In this document: piece by piece, positions 1 through 10,035 of the stretch
Layout: each line of letters starts with the position of its first letter
How positions within the stretch are numbered: the first letter of the stretch is position 1
Assembly: GCA_020632375.1 (NCBI GenBank)
Contig: JACKFR010000001.1
Span: 85,106 to 149,105, forward strand
Source: Candidatus Nomurabacteria bacterium
GTDB lineage: Bacteria; Patescibacteriota; Dojkabacteria; SC72; JAHDCA01
Reading direction: 5' to 3'
DNA length: 64,000 nucleotides
Notes under the pieces: model-generated
What the model was told of the DNA's origin: nothing
Seen by the model: only the letters and a program-made list of their open reading frames with translations
Databases searched by the model: none
Position numbers and translations under genes: made by a program

Positions 1-1
1 T

Positions 2-883
2 GATGTTCCAGTAATTTCTACAGGTGCATTGTCTTTAGATGTTGCCCTCGGAATTGGTGGTATCCCAAAGGGACGAATCGTAGAAATATATGGGCCTGAG
101 TCATCAGGTAAAACAACTCTTGCTATGCATATTTTGGCAGAGGCGCAAAAGATTGGTGAAAATGTAGCGTTTATTGACGCTGAGCATGCTTTTGACCCTA
201 CTTACGCTAAAAGAATTGGTATTGATATAAATGAGATGTATATTTCTCAACCCGATTTTGGGGAGCAGGCACTCGAGATTTTAGAAACCTTAGTAAGATC
301 AGCAGGATTCGGCGTAATTGTAGTTGATTCTGTAGCCGCTCTTACCCCCAGAGCCGAGATCGAAGGCGAAATGGGAGATAGCCATATGGGGTTGCAGGCA
401 AGACTGATGTCGCAAGCATTAAGAAAAATAACTGCAATTTGTAGTAAAACCGGCACAACTGTAATCTTTCTCAACCAGCTTCGTATGAAGATAGGAATTC
501 TTTTTGGTAATCCAGAAACCACGACAGGAGGTAATGCTCTTAAATTCTACGCCTCTGTCAGAATGGACATTCGCCAGCGAGAAAAAGTCATGGAAGATGG
601 TCAGCTGGTTGGACATGTGAGAAGCGTTAAGGTTGTAAAAAATAAGCTTGCCCCCCCATTTCGCGAGGCAAGTTTTGCAATTCGTTATCCAACAGGAATC
701 GACAAAGAGAGCAGCATAATCGATGCGGCAATAGAGAAAGGTATTGTGAAGAAGTCCGGCTCGTGGCTGAGTTACGGTGATAAACAGCTTGCCCAAGGAA
801 AAGATTCTTCTGCTCAAGCGCTAAAGGATGATTCGAAGCTTGCTAGAGAGATAACCAAAAAAGTTTTAGAGACGCTTAATTAG
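2..883 (+). CDS. recA: Recombinase RecA, 5' end outside window
   Basis: Frame is open from base 2 ([20 protein letters not shown]). Walker [10 protein letters not shown] and typical RecA core ([18 protein letters not shown]) present. Confidence 0.95.
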   Translation, partial: DVPVISTGALSLDVALGIGGIPKGRIVEIYGPESSGKTTLAMHILAEAQKIGENVAFIDAEHAFDPTYAKRIGIDINEMYISQPDFGEQALEILETLVRSAGFGVIVVDSVAALTPRAEIEGEMGDSHMGLQARLMSQALRKITAICSKTGTTVIFLNQLRMKIGILFGNPETTTGGNALKFYASVRMDIRQREKVMEDGQLVGHVRSVKVVKNKLAPPFREASFAIRYPTGIDKESSIIDAAIEKGIVKKSGSWLSYGDKQLAQGKDSSAQALKDDSKLAREITKKVLETLN

Positions 884-900
884 TCGTTACTGAAAACGTA

Positions 901-1545
901 TTGAAAATTACTAAGATTACTTCTCAAATAAAAAAGCCGGGTAGGTTTAACGTTTTCCTTGATGAACAATTCTGGTTGGGAGTTTCCGCCGATACATTAG
1001 CCAGGTTTAAGCTGTATGACGGGCTGGAACTAAGCGATAATGATGCGAGTGAAATTACTAAAGCAGAAATTAGAAGTCGACTTATCGAAAGAGCTTACAC
1101 TTATGTCTCTCGTTCTATGAAGCCAAGAGCCAAAGTTCGAATGTATCTTAAAAATTTATTATTTAAAAAGAAGGGTGACTGGCTAGGTGATTTCAACGTG
1201 AAAAGTTTTGAGGAGACAATTGAAGAAATCCTTGATTCTCTCGAAAAGACAGGAGCTATTGACGATGCCGCTTTCGCAAAGTCTTTTGTAGAAATCAGAG
1301 CGAACAGAAAGCAGCGTTCACACTCTGTAATTATGAAAGAACTACTGCAAAAGGGTATCAACCGAGAAACCGCTGAAAATGCAATTTCTGATTCTGGATG
1401 CAGTGATCTCGAAATGTTAAAAACTTTGCTTACTAAAAAATATGGAAATATTGAGGTGGATTCAAAGGATAAAAAAAAGGTGAGGTATATACTTGGGAAA
1501 GGCTTCTCCTGGGAGATAATTTCACAGCTTACCGCTCATGACTAG
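901..1545 (+). CDS. recX: RecX-like regulatory protein
   Basis: Lies directly downstream of recA. 214 aa helical protein with RecX-like repeats (ERAYTYVSRSMKPRAKVRMYL). TTG start. Confidence 0.7.
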   Translation: MKITKITSQIKKPGRFNVFLDEQFWLGVSADTLARFKLYDGLELSDNDASEITKAEIRSRLIERAYTYVSRSMKPRAKVRMYLKNLLFKKKGDWLGDFNVKSFEETIEEILDSLEKTGAIDDAAFAKSFVEIRANRKQRSHSVIMKELLQKGINRETAENAISDSGCSDLEMLKTLLTKKYGNIEVDSKDKKKVRYILGKGFSWEIISQLTAHD

Positions 1546-3265
1546 AAAGAAAACAAGTGAATGGGTATTTCGCAATGAAAAGATTCATAAGCTCAAAGGT
1601 AAAAAGATAGCAGATGCAGTTCTAAGAGTTAGGGGAATAATTAAGCCTACAGATGTGAAGGCTTTTTTAAATCCTTCTATCGAGGATATTCAGGCATCAG
1701 GGGCAATTTACAATTCAGATGCTGCCGCTAAGCAAATAATTTCAGCACTTGAATCGAATAAAACAATATTTATTCATGGAGACTACGATTGTGACGGAAT
1801 TTGTGCTACAGCGATCTTGTGGGAGTGCCTTTATAAGGATGCTGCACAGAAAGTCGACTCTGAGTCGAAAATCGTGCCATATATTCCTAGAAGAATAGAC
1901 CAGGGATATGGATTAAGCGAATCATCGATTGATGAAATGGTTCAAGAAGGAGCAGACTTAATAATAACTGTTGATTGTGGGGTAAGAGACAAAGACTTGA
2001 TAAAAAGCTCGCTTAAAAGTAACCCCAATCTAGAATTTATAGTTACCGACCATCATTTACCTCCGGAAGACTTTACTGTTTCAAAAAATTATACGCTTGT
2101 CCATCAGCTGCACCCAAAACAGAAATATCTTCATTCGGAAATCTGCGGATCTACAATAGCCTTGTTGTTATCCACCACAGTCATGCATAAACTAGGAGGT
2201 TCAAAAAGGCTATCTCTTGATTCACCTGGATTAGATCTTGCTGCACTCGCGACAATAACCGATCTCATGCCTCTTACAGGAATTAACAGAACTTTAGTTC
2301 GATCCGGGATAGATTTAATTAATCGTTCTCCAAGAGAAGGATTTAAAGCCCTTATAAATATTGCGGGAATAAAAGAAGAAATAAATGAATACCATCTGGG
2401 GTATATAATTGGTCCAAGGATAAATGCTACGGGTCGTATAGGTGATCCACTCGAAGCACTCAGGCTTCTTCTTACCAGCTCTTCGGAAAATTCAAAGAAA
2501 TATGCAAGCAAAATAAATGATTTGAACTCAAAGCGACAAGAAGTTACAGAAGAGTATTTTAATTTTTCACTTGAGTCGATTAATGCTAGTTCTCAGGCTG
2601 AGCAATTGAACTTTGTAATTGGGGAAGATTGGCATGAAGGGGTAATCGGTTTGGTCGCAAACAAACTTACCGAATACTATTCACGACCATCAATTGTGAT
2701 TTCTAAAGGTGATGAGATTAAAGGATCCGCTAGAAGCATTGAAGGCGTTCATATGACTGGACTTCTGGAGCAATTTTCTGATTATCTCGTAAAATATGGG
2801 GGCCATGCACTTGCAGCGGGATTTACAGTTAAAAAAAATCGGTTTAGCAAGTTTAAGTCAGAGATCCTCGCGTGGGCTGATAAAAATATAGACCTTGAAT
2901 CGATCTCTAGAAAGCTAATGATAGATCTAGTACTCTCAATCGGGGAAATCTCTAAAGATGAAGTCAAACAGTTAGAATCATTGAGGCCGTTTGGAATGAA
3001 AAATCAGAAGCCGCTTTTTTTGCTATGCGGTGTTGTCATAAAGAATGTTTTTACGATGGGGCGCTTTAAAAATCACGTAAAGCTTATAGTAACAGATACC
3101 TCCGGTAAAGATCTCGAGTGTGTAATATTTGACTGTGAGGAAGATATTCCATTTCTTAAGACTGGTGAGATAGTGGATTTAGTTGGAACACTTTCGGTTA
3201 ATTCTTGGAATTCCTCAGAAACCTGTCAATTAGCTGTAAAAGAGTGGGATATTTCAGTATCATAG
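1538..3265 (+). CDS. recJ: Single-stranded-DNA-specific exonuclease RecJ
   Basis: DHH family motifs HGDYDCDG, ITVDCG, VTDHH and DHHA1 motif GGHALAAG. Overlaps the recX stop by 8 nt. Confidence 0.9.
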   Translation: MTRKKTSEWVFRNEKIHKLKGKKIADAVLRVRGIIKPTDVKAFLNPSIEDIQASGAIYNSDAAAKQIISALESNKTIFIHGDYDCDGICATAILWECLYKDAAQKVDSESKIVPYIPRRIDQGYGLSESSIDEMVQEGADLIITVDCGVRDKDLIKSSLKSNPNLEFIVTDHHLPPEDFTVSKNYTLVHQLHPKQKYLHSEICGSTIALLLSTTVMHKLGGSKRLSLDSPGLDLAALATITDLMPLTGINRTLVRSGIDLINRSPREGFKALINIAGIKEEINEYHLGYIIGPRINATGRIGDPLEALRLLLTSSSENSKKYASKINDLNSKRQEVTEEYFNFSLESINASSQAEQLNFVIGEDWHEGVIGLVANKLTEYYSRPSIVISKGDEIKGSARSIEGVHMTGLLEQFSDYLVKYGGHALAAGFTVKKNRFSKFKSEILAWADKNIDLESISRKLMIDLVLSIGEISKDEVKQLESLRPFGMKNQKPLFLLCGVVIKNVFTMGRFKNHVKLIVTDTSGKDLECVIFDCEEDIPFLKTGEIVDLVGTLSVNSWNSSETCQLAVKEWDISVS

Positions 3266-3421
3266 TTTCTGTACATCAGTCTCCCAATAAACTTTTTCTT
3301 CATCAAACCTTAACCTTAGCTTGCTAGGATCTCGATTTACTCATTTGCATAGGCTATAATTCGCATGAATTATATAGAAAACTATATATCCCGTAGTAAA
3401 TTGAAAGGTTATGGAAAGACT

Positions 3422-4105
3422 ATGAAAATATTATTAATAGAGGATGACGAAGTTATGTCAAAGTTTATTAAATTTGCACTTACTGGTGCTGGCTATTCAG
3501 TTGATCATGTAAAAAATGGAAATGTTGGACTTGAATTGGCAAGAGTCAATAGTGAAGTGTATGACATAATTGTTTTAGATGTGGTTTTACCTGGCTGTGA
3601 CGGGTTTGAAATTTGTAAAAGTCTGCGTGAAGAAAACAATAATGTCTTAATACTGATGCTTTCTGAAAGAGGCAGAACAGAGGATAAAGTAAAAGGGCTA
3701 AATGTTGGAGCTGACGACTACATGGCAAAACCGTTTAAGATCTCTGAACTTCTTGCAAGAATTAGAGCTTTACAGAGGCGGCAGACTGAGACTCTTCGAA
3801 ATCACAAGATTATTGTAAGAAACGTAGAGCTAGATCCTGATGGACAAGAAGTCTTTGTATCAGGCAAATTGATTGACTTAACACCTATCGAATTTAGAAT
3901 GCTAAGTCTGCTTATCAAAGAACGAGGAATAGTTCTTTCTCGTTCAATGATCATAGAAAAAGTATGGGATATTGAATCTGGCGATCTCTTTTCAAATTCT
4001 ATTAATGTACATATTAGGAGCTTAAGATGCAAAATTAACGATAGTAAGAAGAACCCCCTTATTATAACTGTTCGAGGGTCTGGGTATAAGTTTGCTACCG
4101 AATAA
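3422..4105 (+). CDS. OmpR/PhoB-family response regulator
   Basis: Receiver domain (MKILLIEDDE, DVVLPGCDG, KPF) plus winged-helix C-terminus (LTPIEFRMLSLL, VRGSGYKF). ATG at 3422 preferred over the upstream ATG at 3365. Confidence 0.9.
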   Translation: MKILLIEDDEVMSKFIKFALTGAGYSVDHVKNGNVGLELARVNSEVYDIIVLDVVLPGCDGFEICKSLREENNNVLILMLSERGRTEDKVKGLNVGADDYMAKPFKISELLARIRALQRRQTETLRNHKIIVRNVELDPDGQEVFVSGKLIDLTPIEFRMLSLLIKERGIVLSRSMIIEKVWDIESGDLFSNSINVHIRSLRCKINDSKKNPLIITVRGSGYKFATE

Positions 4106-4126
4106 ACTGTCATTAAAGAATTATTC

Positions 4127-6472
4127 ATGACAGAGAATAAACATATCTCTAAGAGAAATAAAGCTCCAAAGGGTGAAGTAAAAAACAAAAATGCAAAGGG
4201 TCATGTAAAGAAGTTACAAACCCGATTACATGATTTGGAAAACAAATATAATGCATTGATGTCTGCGACGCCAGATATGATGTTTTTGCTCGATGCAAAG
4301 GGAAACTATCTCGATTATTTCCCAAGTAAGGACGCTACTGCAGCACTCCCATCAGAATATTTTATTGGCAATAATGTAGCCGACATAATGCCATCTGAAC
4401 TTGCGAATCGATATATTGCCCTAATTAAGACTGTTTTAGATAGTGATCGAGTCGAGTATGTCCAGTATGCACTTACCGATCCCAATGGAGAGAGATTCTT
4501 TGAAGCAAGACTTGTTAAGTGTACTAACAAGTCAGTGCTGATCATTGTAAGAGATATTACCGATGTCAATGAGGCTGAGGCAAAGCTTCGGCTAAAAGAA
4601 GAACACTACAAACATCTCATTGATGAAATCCCTTGTGGGGTTTTTACGGGCGATACTGAGAGTAATATTTTGGACGCAAACCCCTACGGTTGCAAAATGC
4701 TAGGATATGAGTTATCAGAATTAAAATCGATATCTGCGCGAAAACTTTTCCCTCTATCAAACAAAGCTTTTGACGAGATTATGAAAAAAGGAAAGCTTAT
4801 AAATCATGAAGCTGTTTTACGCCATAAGAACGGTGCTGAGATCTATGTTTCTATAAATGCGATTCTTGAAAAAGAAAATGACTCTCTGAATATAAGTGCG
4901 ATTGTAAATGATGAGACTGAGAAAAGAATCCTTGAAAAAGAGAAAGCTAGAGTGCGCCAACAGATGGATAAGTCTTTGAAAATAAGAGAAGACTTTTTAG
5001 CAAAAGTTAGCCATGAGATAAGAACTCCTTTAAATGCGATTGTTGGTGCAAACGAGTTATTATCAGGTACGAAAATGAGTTCAAAGCAGAAGGAATATAC
5101 TTCGATCATGAGCATTGCTACAAATGATCTTCTTTCGCTTATTGACGAGTTGTTACATTTTTCACAAATTCATATAGGTAAGGTGAAACTTCAAAATGCT
5201 CCATTTCGCATCACCAATCTAATAGAGAGTATTGAAACAGCTGAAGCACCCGAAGCGAAAAAGAAGGGGTTAGAGATTGAGTTTGAGTGCGACAACAATA
5301 TTCCAGAGTGGATTTACGGTGATAGAACAAAACTAAAGATAATTTTAAACAATTTAATTGGGAATGCGATTAAATTCACAACAAAAGGCTCTGTTAAAGT
5401 TGCCGTTTGGCTTAGCGAAAATCAAGGTGATAAAGTAGAGCTTCTTTTTTCGGTAAAAGACACTGGTAGAGGGATTCCAAAATTAAAACAAAAAGATATT
5501 TTTAAAAGCTTTGTTCAGCTTGAAGATAATACAATCTCAAGAGAGAAAGGGATTGGTCTCGGACTTTCAATTGTTAAGAAACTTGTAAACACAATGAACG
5601 GAGAAGTCGAGATCAATAGCAAGGTAGGTGTCGGAACAGAATTTAGTGTTCTACTCAAATTCGATCTACCAGAGGATTACCACAAAGTCGAAAAGCCCAC
5701 TAAGCTGAGCTCACCTTATAATTTTGAGAAGCTTAAGTTTCTTATTGTCGAAGATAATGAACTTAATCTTAAAATTACTGAAGATATCTTAAAGGATGTC
5801 GGAGCTGAAGTAATCTTGGCAACCTCTGGGAAAAAAGCTCTTAAGGAGTTAGAGAAAAATCGTTTTGACTTTATACTTCTTGATCTTGAGCTGCCTGATA
5901 TCCACGGCTTTGACATTTTGCGATATATCAGGACATCAGAAAAAAGAACAATGCGTTCTACTCAAGTCATTGTCGTGACAGCACATTTTTATGCAGGTCA
6001 GAAAGATAAAGTTTTTCTTGCAGGGGGGAATGATCATATAGCTAAGCCTTTTCGTCCAGAAATTTTATATAAAAAAATAAAAAAACTTCAGAAGGCGAGA
6101 AGAAGTCTTGATAAAAATGGTATTGATTTCAGAAATCTTGACGAGGCGGTTTCCTCCAGTGAAGCAGTTAAAGTTGAAATTATTAAGACATTTATCCAAC
6201 AAACCTCACAAGCTCTGATGTCAATGAAATCTGCTTATAAGAAAGCAGATTCTGACAAGATTTGCAAAATAGCACATAAGGTAAAGCCTTCAGCGTACTA
6301 TATAAGTATTCCTGGATTTCTATCTTACTTAAAAAAGATCGAAAATTCATGTGGACGTCCGGTTGATGAAAAAAAACTAAAAGAACTTATATACTCAGCT
6401 GACGGTTTATTTAAAGCAAGTCTCGGTGTACTCTCAATTGAGTTATATAAACATGACATGACAAGATCCTGA
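4127..6472 (+). CDS. Hybrid sensor histidine kinase (PAS-PAS-HisKA-HATPase-REC-HPt)
   Basis: H-box SHEIRTPLNAI, N-box NLIGNAIKFT, G-boxes DTGRGI and GIGLGLSIV. Receiver domain (LIVEDNELN, DLELPDIHG). C-terminal HPt-like helix (IAHKVKPSA). Confidence 0.9.
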   Translation: MTENKHISKRNKAPKGEVKNKNAKGHVKKLQTRLHDLENKYNALMSATPDMMFLLDAKGNYLDYFPSKDATAALPSEYFIGNNVADIMPSELANRYIALIKTVLDSDRVEYVQYALTDPNGERFFEARLVKCTNKSVLIIVRDITDVNEAEAKLRLKEEHYKHLIDEIPCGVFTGDTESNILDANPYGCKMLGYELSELKSISARKLFPLSNKAFDEIMKKGKLINHEAVLRHKNGAEIYVSINAILEKENDSLNISAIVNDETEKRILEKEKARVRQQMDKSLKIREDFLAKVSHEIRTPLNAIVGANELLSGTKMSSKQKEYTSIMSIATNDLLSLIDELLHFSQIHIGKVKLQNAPFRITNLIESIETAEAPEAKKKGLEIEFECDNNIPEWIYGDRTKLKIILNNLIGNAIKFTTKGSVKVAVWLSENQGDKVELLFSVKDTGRGIPKLKQKDIFKSFVQLEDNTISREKGIGLGLSIVKKLVNTMNGEVEINSKVGVGTEFSVLLKFDLPEDYHKVEKPTKLSSPYNFEKLKFLIVEDNELNLKITEDILKDVGAEVILATSGKKALKELEKNRFDFILLDLELPDIHGFDILRYIRTSEKRTMRSTQVIVVTAHFYAGQKDKVFLAGGNDHIAKPFRPEILYKKIKKLQKARRSLDKNGIDFRNLDEAVSSSEAVKVEIIKTFIQQTSQALMSMKSAYKKADSDKICKIAHKVKPSAYYISIPGFLSYLKKIENSCGRPVDEKKLKELIYSADGLFKASLGVLSIELYKHDMTRS

Positions 6473-6501
6473 TTGTCAGCCTTAGTAGATTGAGTTATAA
6501 T
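6473..6501 (+). promoter_or_regulatory. Sigma70-type promoter of the aspS leader
   Basis: TTGTCA (6473-6478), 17 nt spacer, TATAAT (6496-6501). Confidence 0.6.
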
Positions 6502-6507
6502 CTTTTA

Positions 6508-6660
6508 AGCGATCGGAGATAGTGTAAGTCCGAGTTGAATTGAGTGACAATAAACAAAAAATAAACGAGTGGCATACTTTGCAATTGAGGTGGCACCGCG
6601 GTATCAGTATATCGTCCTCTTTCTTAATATTTTTTAAGAAAGTTCGGGCGATTTTTTCAT
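6508..6660 (+). promoter_or_regulatory. T-box riboswitch leader with intrinsic terminator
   Basis: T-box core CAATTGAGGTGGCACCGCGG at 6582-6601. Antiterminator closing pair GAGG 6587-6590 / CCTC 6616-6619. Competing terminator stem 6613-6627 / 6634-6650 followed by T6 at 6652-6657. Confidence 0.85.
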
Positions 6661-6682
6661 TAAGTTAATATTCAAGAAAACT

Positions 6683-8923
6683 ATGGAAGTAAAACAAAGA
6701 GTTTTGGCGTCTGAAGTTCCGGCAAAAATTGGTGAAAAAGTAAAAGTGTCTGGATGGGTAGCTACTTTGCGTGATCACGGCAAACTTATCTTTATTGACA
6801 TGAGAGACTGGTCAGGAATTATTCAACTGGTTGTGAACTATGAAAATAAAGAAATTGTTGAGATTGCGAAAAGCCTTGGTAGTGAATTTGTAATAGAAGC
6901 CGAAGGAACTGTTGTCAAAAGAGAAGAGGATCTGGTCAATGATAAAATACCTACAGGGGGTGTAGAGATTAAGCTCGAAAAGCTGACTCTTTTAAACAGA
7001 TCTAAGCCAATTCCCTTTCCTCTTGATACTGATGGGCATGAGATTGATGAGAGTCTTCGATTGAAGTACCGTTTTATTGACATGCGCCGAGACAGGGTCA
7101 AACAGATCATGCAGAAAAAGCATAAACTTATTCTTGGCGTTAGGAACTGGATGAGTAAGAATGGATTCACTGAGGTAATAACTCCTCTCTTGACCAGCAC
7201 TTCTCCTGAAGGTGCACGAGATTATTTTATTCCTTCTCGTATTCACCGCGGCAAGTTTTTTGTATTACCTCAAGCACCTCAGCAGTATAAGCAGCTTCTA
7301 ATGGTTGGAGGAGTTGATCGCTATTTTCAAATTGCACCATGCGCTCGTGACGAAGATCCAAGAGCAGACCGCCATGCGGGAGTATTTTATCAAATAGATA
7401 TCGAGATAAGCTTCCCAACAATAGATACAATATTTGATGTATGTGAGAGAATGCTTCGTGATACTTATACTTTGGTAGCACCTGAAAAAAAGATACTTCA
7501 GGTTCCGTTTCCTCGCTTAACTCATAAAGATGCAATTGAAAAATATGGCACTGACAAACCAGATACCAGATTCGGGATGTTGATAAATGATATAACCGAG
7601 ATTGTCAAAGGAAAGACTGATTTCCAGGTGTTTAACTCTGCAGAAAGTGTCAAATGCATAGTTGTCGAAGGAGCGGGTGAGTGGTCTCGCACAAAGATTG
7701 AAGATCTAGAAAAGTTTGCAAAAGAACAAGGTGCAAAAGGTCTTGCATATTGCAAGGTTGACTCAGGTAAGCTTGAGTCAGGAATTGGGAAATTCATTTC
7801 AAGTCTATCTGAAGAAATTATCACTCAGATAGAAGCTAAAAACGGCGATTTGATACTTTTTGCCGCCGACCAAAATGAAAAAGCTTGTAAGATCCTTGGT
7901 ACAGTAAGATCAAGGTTGGGACAAGAGTTGGGTCTTTTAGACGAGAGCGTACTCTCTTTTGTTTGGATCACCGATTTCCCTTTTTACGAAATTGATGAAA
8001 AGACGGGCAAACTTGACTTTGCTCATAATCCTTTCTCAATGCCGCAGGGAGGATTAGATGCATTTGATGTCGATGATCCTCTTAAGATACAGACTAACCA
8101 GTATGACCTCGCATTAAACGGATATGAAATACTTTCTGGGTCAATTCGAAACCACGATCCTGAAGTCTTGGTTAAAGCTTTTGAAACAGTCGGGTATGGT
8201 CGTGAAGAAATTCTTAGACGGTTTGGAGGTTTATATGAAGCATTCCAGTATGGTGCGCCGCCACACGGGGGCTGGGCTATCGGGATTGATAGGCTTTTTA
8301 TGGTTTTAATAGACGAGCCAAATATTCGTGATACTTACGCTTTCCCCAAAAACTCTAACGGTATGGATCTAATGATGAATGCACCTAGCGAGGCAAGCCC
8401 AGAAGATCTTGATATACTTGGGATAGAGCTTTCTGATAAAGGCTCATCAACAGTTACTAAGATTCATAACTTACTTGATAAAGCTGGTGTTGAGTACAAA
8501 TTCTTAGAGCATGAGCCAGTAAAAACTTCTGCAGAATCCGCAAAAGTTAGGGGGACTCAGCTTGGAGATGGCGCAAAAGCAATGGTTATTAAGTCTCTCG
8601 AATACAGCGATAAATACAAGATGGTAGTGATTCCCGCAGATGCCCAGCTTGATCTAGATAAAGTGACCCAAAATCTTGGTGAGAAATATAAAGTAGCTTC
8701 ACCTGAAGAAGTAGAAAAGCTGATTGGGATACAGGTCGGCGGGGTTCCTCCATTCGGTCGCCTTCTCGGTTTAGATCTATATTTCGACTCTTCAATGTGG
8801 GAAAAAGAAACCTCAGCATTTAACTGTGGTAGGAGAGATCGATCGATCGTTATGAAAACAAAAGATCTTATTGAGCTTGCAGAGCCGGATGCTAAATCGA
8901 TAAAATTTGACTTCAAAGCCTAA
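6683..8923 (+). CDS. aspS: Aspartyl-tRNA synthetase fused to a C-terminal YbaK/ProX-type aminoacyl-tRNA editing domain
   Basis: Class IIb motifs (FYQIDIE, RADRHAG, GGWAIGIDRL) through about aa 585. About 159 extra residues follow (8444-8920) with YbaK-like signatures (GAKAMVIK, GGVPPFG). Total 746 aa. Confidence 0.9.
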   Translation: MEVKQRVLASEVPAKIGEKVKVSGWVATLRDHGKLIFIDMRDWSGIIQLVVNYENKEIVEIAKSLGSEFVIEAEGTVVKREEDLVNDKIPTGGVEIKLEKLTLLNRSKPIPFPLDTDGHEIDESLRLKYRFIDMRRDRVKQIMQKKHKLILGVRNWMSKNGFTEVITPLLTSTSPEGARDYFIPSRIHRGKFFVLPQAPQQYKQLLMVGGVDRYFQIAPCARDEDPRADRHAGVFYQIDIEISFPTIDTIFDVCERMLRDTYTLVAPEKKILQVPFPRLTHKDAIEKYGTDKPDTRFGMLINDITEIVKGKTDFQVFNSAESVKCIVVEGAGEWSRTKIEDLEKFAKEQGAKGLAYCKVDSGKLESGIGKFISSLSEEIITQIEAKNGDLILFAADQNEKACKILGTVRSRLGQELGLLDESVLSFVWITDFPFYEIDEKTGKLDFAHNPFSMPQGGLDAFDVDDPLKIQTNQYDLALNGYEILSGSIRNHDPEVLVKAFETVGYGREEILRRFGGLYEAFQYGAPPHGGWAIGIDRLFMVLIDEPNIRDTYAFPKNSNGMDLMMNAPSEASPEDLDILGIELSDKGSSTVTKIHNLLDKAGVEYKFLEHEPVKTSAESAKVRGTQLGDGAKAMVIKSLEYSDKYKMVVIPADAQLDLDKVTQNLGEKYKVASPEEVEKLIGIQVGGVPPFGRLLGLDLYFDSSMWEKETSAFNCGRRDRSIVMKTKDLIELAEPDAKSIKFDFKA

Positions 8924-8940
8924 ATTAAAGTTTTAGTATT

Positions 8941-10035
8941 TTGAAGTCTGAAGAAATCGTTTCTAAAAAGTCGTTATTGAATAGACCGTTTTCTCCGTCC
9001 CTAACTGGTGATTTCGGACAAGGGGGGCATTGGTTTAAGGTACTCACCAACAAAGCTCAAAAAGCTGCCTACCTAATCATAGATCAATCTATGAGATTTC
9101 GCTCTGCCATTTGGATGGGTGTTTTTATCTGTGCGATTTTTGTCGGATTATACATCTCATATCTGCAACTAGGTAAACCTAGAGGAAATCCCTTTCTCGC
9201 ACCATCAAACGCATTTAATGAGACCGAATTCTCACCAATTCTCTTACCGCCGATTCCTTTTGAATCGCAAAAAAGTAAACTAGATCTAAAGACCATAGAT
9301 GCCCAAGCGATACTCGCATTCAACCCATTGAACGACCAAATTTATATTTCGCTTAATTCAGATAGCGAGCTCCCTATTGCAAGCATAACAAAGCTAATGA
9401 GTTCAGAGATTATTTATGACAAATACGATCTCGACTCAGAACTAGTTTTAAACGAAAAACTCCCGAAGAATGTGGAGTGGGGTGTAGGTGTTAAAAAAGG
9501 TGATTCTGTTAAAGTAAGTGAAGCACTGAAGGCAATGATGATTGGATCGTATAATGATCTTGCGTATCTTTTTGCTCAAAATTATCCCGATGGTGGGTAT
9601 AATGGATTTATAGAAGAAATGAACAAAAGAGCCCGACTTCTTGGTATGAAATCAACACATTTCTCGAATCCTGCGGGTTTGGATGATAGTGAAAACTATT
9701 CTACTGCAGAAGATTTAATGAAATTATCAAAACATTTCATACAAAATAAAGATTTAGTTGAAATTGTTGGGACTATTTCGTATAAATTAGAAATCCGTTC
9801 AAGTGACGGCGTATCCAGAGTCGTTTCCACTTATACAACAAACGATCTTCTAGGCTCTTCTCCATACGTAAAAGGTTTGAAAACAGGCTTCACTGGAGAA
9901 GCAAAAGGATGCTTTGTAGGCTATTTTGCCGCAAGTGATTCTGACGAATTAATTACTATCATTCTAGGCAGCGAAAAGAACCGGTTTGACGAAACTGTCA
10001 AGCTTACTGATGAAATAAACTTCGCCTATGACTAA
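8941..10035 (+). CDS. Serine-type D-Ala-D-Ala carboxypeptidase (peptidase S11 / PBP5-like)
   Basis: SxxK (SITK), SxN (SYN) and KTG (KTGFT) motifs in the correct order. N-terminal membrane anchor. TTG start; an internal ATG about 50 codons in is also possible. Confidence 0.8.
   Translation: MKSEEIVSKKSLLNRPFSPSLTGDFGQGGHWFKVLTNKAQKAAYLIIDQSMRFRSAIWMGVFICAIFVGLYISYLQLGKPRGNPFLAPSNAFNETEFSPILLPPIPFESQKSKLDLKTIDAQAILAFNPLNDQIYISLNSDSELPIASITKLMSSEIIYDKYDLDSELVLNEKLPKNVEWGVGVKKGDSVKVSEALKAMMIGSYNDLAYLFAQNYPDGGYNGFIEEMNKRARLLGMKSTHFSNPAGLDDSENYSTAEDLMKLSKHFIQNKDLVEIVGTISYKLEIRSSDGVSRVVSTYTTNDLLGSSPYVKGLKTGFTGEAKGCFVGYFAASDSDELITIILGSEKNRFDETVKLTDEINFAYD

Noticed and set aside
247-817. Antisense ORFs inside recA (247-522, 419-817). 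Similar shadow ORFs are listed in the track inside recJ, the kinases, aspS, gltX, ftsE, prfB, gpmI, the FG-GAP gene, ftsA, ftsZ, ileS and others.
   Set aside because: Each lies entirely within, and antisense or out of frame to, a long ORF with unambiguous family motifs. The translations are low-complexity and motif-free, as is typical of shadow frames in AT-rich DNA.
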